Below, piece after piece: positions 35,525 through 39,362 of a DNA stretch of 39,362 nt. The DNA is taken from positions 1 to 39,362 of the IMG/VR virus record IMGVR_UViG_3300037851_000044; one strand, given 5' to 3'. Every line of letters starts with the position of its first letter. Position 1 is the stretch's first letter. Source of the stretch: a virus. Taxonomy: Duplodnaviria > Caudoviricetes. The position numbers and the translations under genes were made by a program. The notes beneath the pieces were generated by a model. That model saw nothing but the letters and a program-made list of their open reading frames with translations. It was not told where the DNA came from and made no database searches.

Positions 35525-36043
35525 TCATGTTCGCAATGCCCGCCGCACCTTGTCGCGGCTGATGTTCAGTTCCGCCTGGATTTCGTCAAAGGACTTTCCC
35601 TCCGCCCGCAGCCGCTTCACGGGCCCCGCAAGATGCGCGACAGATTCCTTCCTGAATGTCGGACGCAAGGGCCCGCGCCCTGGAAACGTATGCCCCGCCA
35701 AAAGCGCCCGGACATACCTCCTGCTGATGACAAGCTCCGCCGCAATCTCGCGCTGCGTCCAGCCCGATTCGGCAAACTCAATGGCCCTGCGCCTGAGTTT
35801 GTCCACTTCCGATTCATTGCGCCGCCCGCCATCCTCGAGTTGCGCGCCATTGCCGAGAAGATTCTCGCGCCAGTAAAAGGCCGATCTTGGCTCCATCAAG
35901 CCACCCTCCGCAGCCTGACCGACTTCAATAGTTCGCGTACCCGTTCCTTTTCTTCCTCTGTCGGCGGCCCCTTCGCTTCCTTGGCAGCTTCGATCTCCTG
36001 CCGCTTCTGCATATTGGCGATCGAGGATGTCATCAGGGTTCAT
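35525..36043 (-). CDS. Tandem HTH DNA-binding protein (alternative start 35896)
   Basis: GWTQREIAAELVISRRYV and GKSFDEIQAELNISRDKVRR. Confidence 0.7.
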   Translation of the reverse strand: MNPDDILDRQYAEAAGDRSCQGSEGAADRGRKGTGTRTIEVGQAAEGGLMEPRSAFYWRENLLGNGAQLEDGGRRNESEVDKLRRRAIEFAESGWTQREIAAELVISRRYVRALLAGHTFPGRGPLRPTFRKESVAHLAGPVKRLRAEGKSFDEIQAELNISRDKVRRALRT

Positions 36044-36921
36044 GCGGATTCCTCACCGAACAAATCAGACTGAACAGCGGCGGCCCTTATATTGAGAACC
36101 GCTTGATCATAGTAGCTCGATTTAAGCTCTATCCCTATAAACCTACGTCCCATCTCAACTGCAACATGGCCTTCACTTGCGATCCCGGCAAAGGGAGATA
36201 ACACGGTGTCATTTGGATTTGTCCACAGATCAATTCCGCGACGGATAACCTCCAACTGCAATGGGCAGATGTGCCGCTCATCATCATCCTCGCGCGCGCT
36301 ACGAAATTGCAACGTGTCGCCTGGATCAATGTCTGTCCAGATCGGAGAAGCTATCTTCTGCCACTTGCTTACCGGATACTCTTCTCCGTGTAACACGCGA
36401 TCCACAATCTCACCAGGCGCGCGCATCGTGACAAGGTAGTCAGGAATACCTTGTCTGCTCATCGTTGCATTTCCTCGAACGGTTTTGTGCAACAGACCTA
36501 GTGCCTTAGTGCGCTGCATTGCCATTACCGGGTCTTTCCAGATACATACTTCGCTGGCATAGATAAACCCGCGCTTCTGAAACGCGCGGATCAGATCGCC
36601 GCGGAAGTCACTCAGCCCGACATAGCCGTCACGCTCTTTGCTGGTTGGCAGCAACATGCAATGAAACGAGACGTTATGTCCCGGCTTCATCACGCGCAAG
36701 AGTTGCGCTACCAAGAAATCGAAGTGCTCGAAAAATTCCGCATGGTCACGGCAATTGCCCATGTCTCTTGGGCTATTGCTGTAGGTATACAAGCTGGCGA
36801 ACGGTGGAGAAAAAATCGAATAATCAATACTTCTCTCCGGCAATCCCTCCATCACCTCTACGCAATCTCCGTGATACATCGCCCACCTATCCGTCACCTC
36901 CTGTCGAATACAATTCATCAT
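36040..36921 (-). CDS. DNA methyltransferase, N4/N6 family, beta class
   Basis: SIFSPPF motif IV precedes VLSPFAGI.SEG motif I; H.CPLQ; GIELK. Confidence 0.9.
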   Translation of the reverse strand: MMNCIRQEVTDRWAMYHGDCVEVMEGLPERSIDYSIFSPPFASLYTYSNSPRDMGNCRDHAEFFEHFDFLVAQLLRVMKPGHNVSFHCMLLPTSKERDGYVGLSDFRGDLIRAFQKRGFIYASEVCIWKDPVMAMQRTKALGLLHKTVRGNATMSRQGIPDYLVTMRAPGEIVDRVLHGEEYPVSKWQKIASPIWTDIDPGDTLQFRSAREDDDERHICPLQLEVIRRGIDLWTNPNDTVLSPFAGIASEGHVAVEMGRRFIGIELKSSYYDQAVLNIRAAAVQSDLFGEESA

Positions 36922-38297
36922 TCCCCCTTCAGCCATGCTGGATGTTGTACTTCGTCGCTAGCGTGATACGGATTCACGGATCGTTCCAATCCAAAAACCT
37001 CAGATCTCACGGCATCCGCCGTCTCGGCAGAAAGAGCATCTGCCATTAGCCGTGAGTCGCGCTCCTTTCTGCGTAGATTGGCCACAACAGATCCCTCCAA
37101 TTCGGAAGCGAAAATATGGACCTTCACTTCTCGCGGTTGCCCGAAACGCCAGCACCTGCGTACTGCCTGATAGTAACTTTCAAATGAGTCAGTGACTCCG
37201 ACAAATGCCATATGTGCGCAGTGCTGCCAATTCAATCCGAATCCAGCAATGCTTGGCTTTGTCACTAGCACCCTGATCTTTCCTGCAGCAAAATCAAGAA
37301 GCGCGCGTTCCTTGTATTCCGCATCATGGGAGCCTCGTATCTCCACAGAGTCAGGGATAGCCTCAATCAACGCGTCGCTTTCAGCATTTAGGTCGCACCA
37401 GACAATCCACGGTTCTGGCGTCTCGTTGACTATTGAAGCGCATTCTTCTACTCGACCTTCTAGAGACGCCTTGCGCGCCAGCCTACGCTCCGAGAGAGTC
37501 TGCGCCTCGAGCGCAAACAACATTCCTTCGCTGCTTTGATGGGTCTTGATGGTATGTTCGATTACGCTGAGAGGCGGGATGTCATAGAGTGAATCGTCAT
37601 ATCCAAGGTCAGAAGGCCGTCGAACCAAGGCCCCCCACGATGACACCCACCGCCAGAATTGATGCCTGGCGTGCCGCTTGATGCGCCATACATTAGTTTC
37701 CCCGCCGTCGTGCATGAAAAACTCTGCCAGCATTTCGGATCTAGTACAAACTCCAAGGAATTCCGCGTGCGTCCCTAGTTCTGTCCAGTCGTTCGGCGCC
37801 GGCGTGGCGGTAGCACATAACTTGAACTGAACATCCCGGAACCGTGCCGTCAAATCTGCGAATGTCTTTGCGTCGTGGTGCTTAATGATGCTTGACTCAT
37901 CGAGCACAACAGCTCCAAATTCAGAGGTGTTGAACTTGTGAATTCGCTCGTAGTTCGTGATGTTGATTCCTGGGCATATTTCCAATGACGATCTAGCATG
38001 TGTAACTTCAATGCCAATGGCTTTGCCCTCGTTCGTCGTTTGTTCTGCTACTGCTAGGGGCGCGAGAATCAGAACCGATTTACCGGTAGATTTGTATACC
38101 GCATTGGCCCACGTCAACTGCATTCTCGTCTTGCCCAATCCGGTATCGGCGAAGATAGCGCAACGCCCGCGCCTCAGTGCCCATATAACCAGAGCCTCCT
38201 GATGGGGAAACATTCCGGCATGAACATGGGACGTATTGGTCAATCCCGTTGGCGGTATCAGACTTAACTTGCGATCAATGAGATCCGCATAGCTCAT
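36918..38297 (-). CDS. SF2 (SNF2/DEAD-like) helicase
   Basis: ADTGLGKT, LDESS, TATPAPN, GFGLNWQ, QAVRRCWRFGQ. Confidence 0.9.
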   Translation of the reverse strand: MSYADLIDRKLSLIPPTGLTNTSHVHAGMFPHQEALVIWALRRGRCAIFADTGLGKTRMQLTWANAVYKSTGKSVLILAPLAVAEQTTNEGKAIGIEVTHARSSLEICPGINITNYERIHKFNTSEFGAVVLDESSIIKHHDAKTFADLTARFRDVQFKLCATATPAPNDWTELGTHAEFLGVCTRSEMLAEFFMHDGGETNVWRIKRHARHQFWRWVSSWGALVRRPSDLGYDDSLYDIPPLSVIEHTIKTHQSSEGMLFALEAQTLSERRLARKASLEGRVEECASIVNETPEPWIVWCDLNAESDALIEAIPDSVEIRGSHDAEYKERALLDFAAGKIRVLVTKPSIAGFGLNWQHCAHMAFVGVTDSFESYYQAVRRCWRFGQPREVKVHIFASELEGSVVANLRRKERDSRLMADALSAETADAVRSEVFGLERSVNPYHASDEVQHPAWLKGE

Positions 38298-38539
38298 TTG
38301 CGGCTCCTCTCGATCAGCGCCTCGTCATGCTCGCAAGCGTGCGCCAGTCTCAGGCATACGGCAGCAATGTCCAAACACTCTTCCCGTACCGAGCCGAGCT
38401 TGTTCGATTGAATTGCCGACTGTAACTCTCCCCACTCCTCAAGGATCACGCCCATCGCTTCGTGTGTTGACGCAAAGGCGCCGTATCTGTTGTGCGCATG
38501 TTCCGCGCGCGATAGCGTTTCCTGTACCTCGTTAATCAT
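38294..38539 (-). CDS. MazG-like nucleotide pyrophosphohydrolase domain protein
   Basis: HEA.GVILEE..EL...I...VREE.LDIAAV acidic pattern. Confidence 0.65.
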   Translation of the reverse strand: MINEVQETLSRAEHAHNRYGAFASTHEAMGVILEEWGELQSAIQSNKLGSVREECLDIAAVCLRLAHACEHDEALIERSRK

Positions 38540-38575
38540 ACGGACTCCTTGACAAGTGAATACATGGCCACCCGC

Positions 38576-38815
38576 TTACCGTTCGGTAGCCGGTGACCCC
38601 CGGTCGCGTTCGTATGCGTCGACGCTGGCGCGGTCGATCCATACCGTCCGGCCCGCGCGCCATCCGCGAATGTGGCCCCTTGCCAGCAAGTCGTCGACCT
38701 TTTGCCGACGCACGCCCAGGCGGACCATTACTTCGCCCGGCGTCAATACGTTCCGGATCTGGATCGCCGAACCGACCGCACGCAGCATCGCGCGGATATC
38801 TTCGAAGGTTTGCAT
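38576..38815 (-). CDS. HTH DNA-binding protein (excisionase/Cro-like)
   Basis: LTPGEV..RLGV.R..V..L...G.I.G.R.GR...I....V..Y. Confidence 0.75.
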   Translation of the reverse strand: MQTFEDIRAMLRAVGSAIQIRNVLTPGEVMVRLGVRRQKVDDLLARGHIRGWRAGRTVWIDRASVDAYERDRGSPATER

Positions 38816-38844
38816 TCAAGCCCCCGCTGGTTGATAACGCCGCC

Positions 38845-38920
38845 ATTATGCCATAGTTTAACGGGATAAAAACCCGTTACGGATCAACGCCGTACAAAGT
38901 CCCGTTTTTTGTGATATAGT
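38845..38920. promoter_or_regulatory. Divergent promoter region with central inverted repeat
   Basis: Extended -10 candidates TGGCATAAT (- strand, 38853-38845) and TGATATAGT (+ strand, 38912-38920); TAACGGG-N7-CCCGTTA at 38859-38879. Confidence 0.5.
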
Positions 38921-39035
38921 GCAATTGTTTCGGGACGGTCCGGAATTCGATGAACGATTACCTAGCCCGGCATGGACAGTGGCGCCAAACGGCGCCCAGC
39001 GGGTGGTATGCAAACCGGAAGCAAGGGAAAACGAA

Positions 39036-39245
39036 ATGACGCGAAACCTTGCAGTGATGCTGTTCGCCGCCGCCCTGGCGGCGTGCGGTGGCGGAATCGA
39101 CGACGAACAGTTCATCGGCCCGCCGTACGTCGAGGATACCGCGCCGGTCGCAGCGCCGAGGCCGTGTCCAGTCGATCCGTCGGCGTGTCATCCGCCGCCA
39201 TTTCAGGCGACACGGGTGACGATAGCTTCAGTAGCGCGTGCTTAA
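39036..39245 (+). CDS. Small lipoprotein (69 aa)
   Basis: Signal peptide with LAAC lipobox; Pro-rich mature part. Confidence 0.7.
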   Translation: MTRNLAVMLFAAALAACGGGIDDEQFIGPPYVEDTAPVAAPRPCPVDPSACHPPPFQATRVTIASVARA

Positions 39246-39254
39246 GATTGAGGG

Positions 39255-39326
39255 TTCTAACGCAAAAGTTGAGGCCGACGGCGCGGGCATTATCGCGACG
39301 GTCGCGCCTCGAACGACGGGTTAGCC
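39255..39326 (-). repeat. Hybrid attC (R' flank of site 1 joined to the body of site 2)
   Basis: 39160-39262 equals 1-103 and 39259-39362 equals 638-741; only AACG is shared at the junction. Confidence 0.9.
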
Positions 39327-39362
39327 CTCAACGGAAACCTACTACAACTGACTCTCAAAGGA

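Noticed and set aside
1-39362. tRNA, rRNA, reverse transcriptase/DGR or transposase genes
   Set aside because: None recognised by eye; tRNAscan-SE and HMM searches would be needed to exclude them formally

Overview
This window looks like a complete circular genome of a lambda-like siphophage. Bases 1-103 recur at 39160-39262, giving a unit length of 39159 bp; a betaproteobacterial host is my inference from the high GC and gene style. The + strand arm (39036 through the join to 5852) carries a lipoprotein, six small accessory genes, a modular protein and a YqaJ/RecT recombination pair. The - strand arm carries helicase, DNA methylase, replication, Q-like, cos, terminase, head, tail and lysis genes. 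The main finding is at 96-2580: an integron-type cassette array with five full attC sites, one collapsed site and an attI-like terminal site. All sites are canonical on the - strand, while every cassette gene is on the + strand, and no integrase is recognisable in the genome. The contig end holds a second allele in which cassettes 1-2 (538 bp) are removed precisely at the attC crossover point, which suggests the array recombines, probably using a host IntI in trans. Secondary points are a glycan toolkit in the virion operon (methyltransferase-GT9 fusion, two more methyltransferases, GH140-like hydrolase), an endolysin-holin fusion and a replication origin candidate with a G4 motif. All product calls come from motif recognition by eye; no searches were run.
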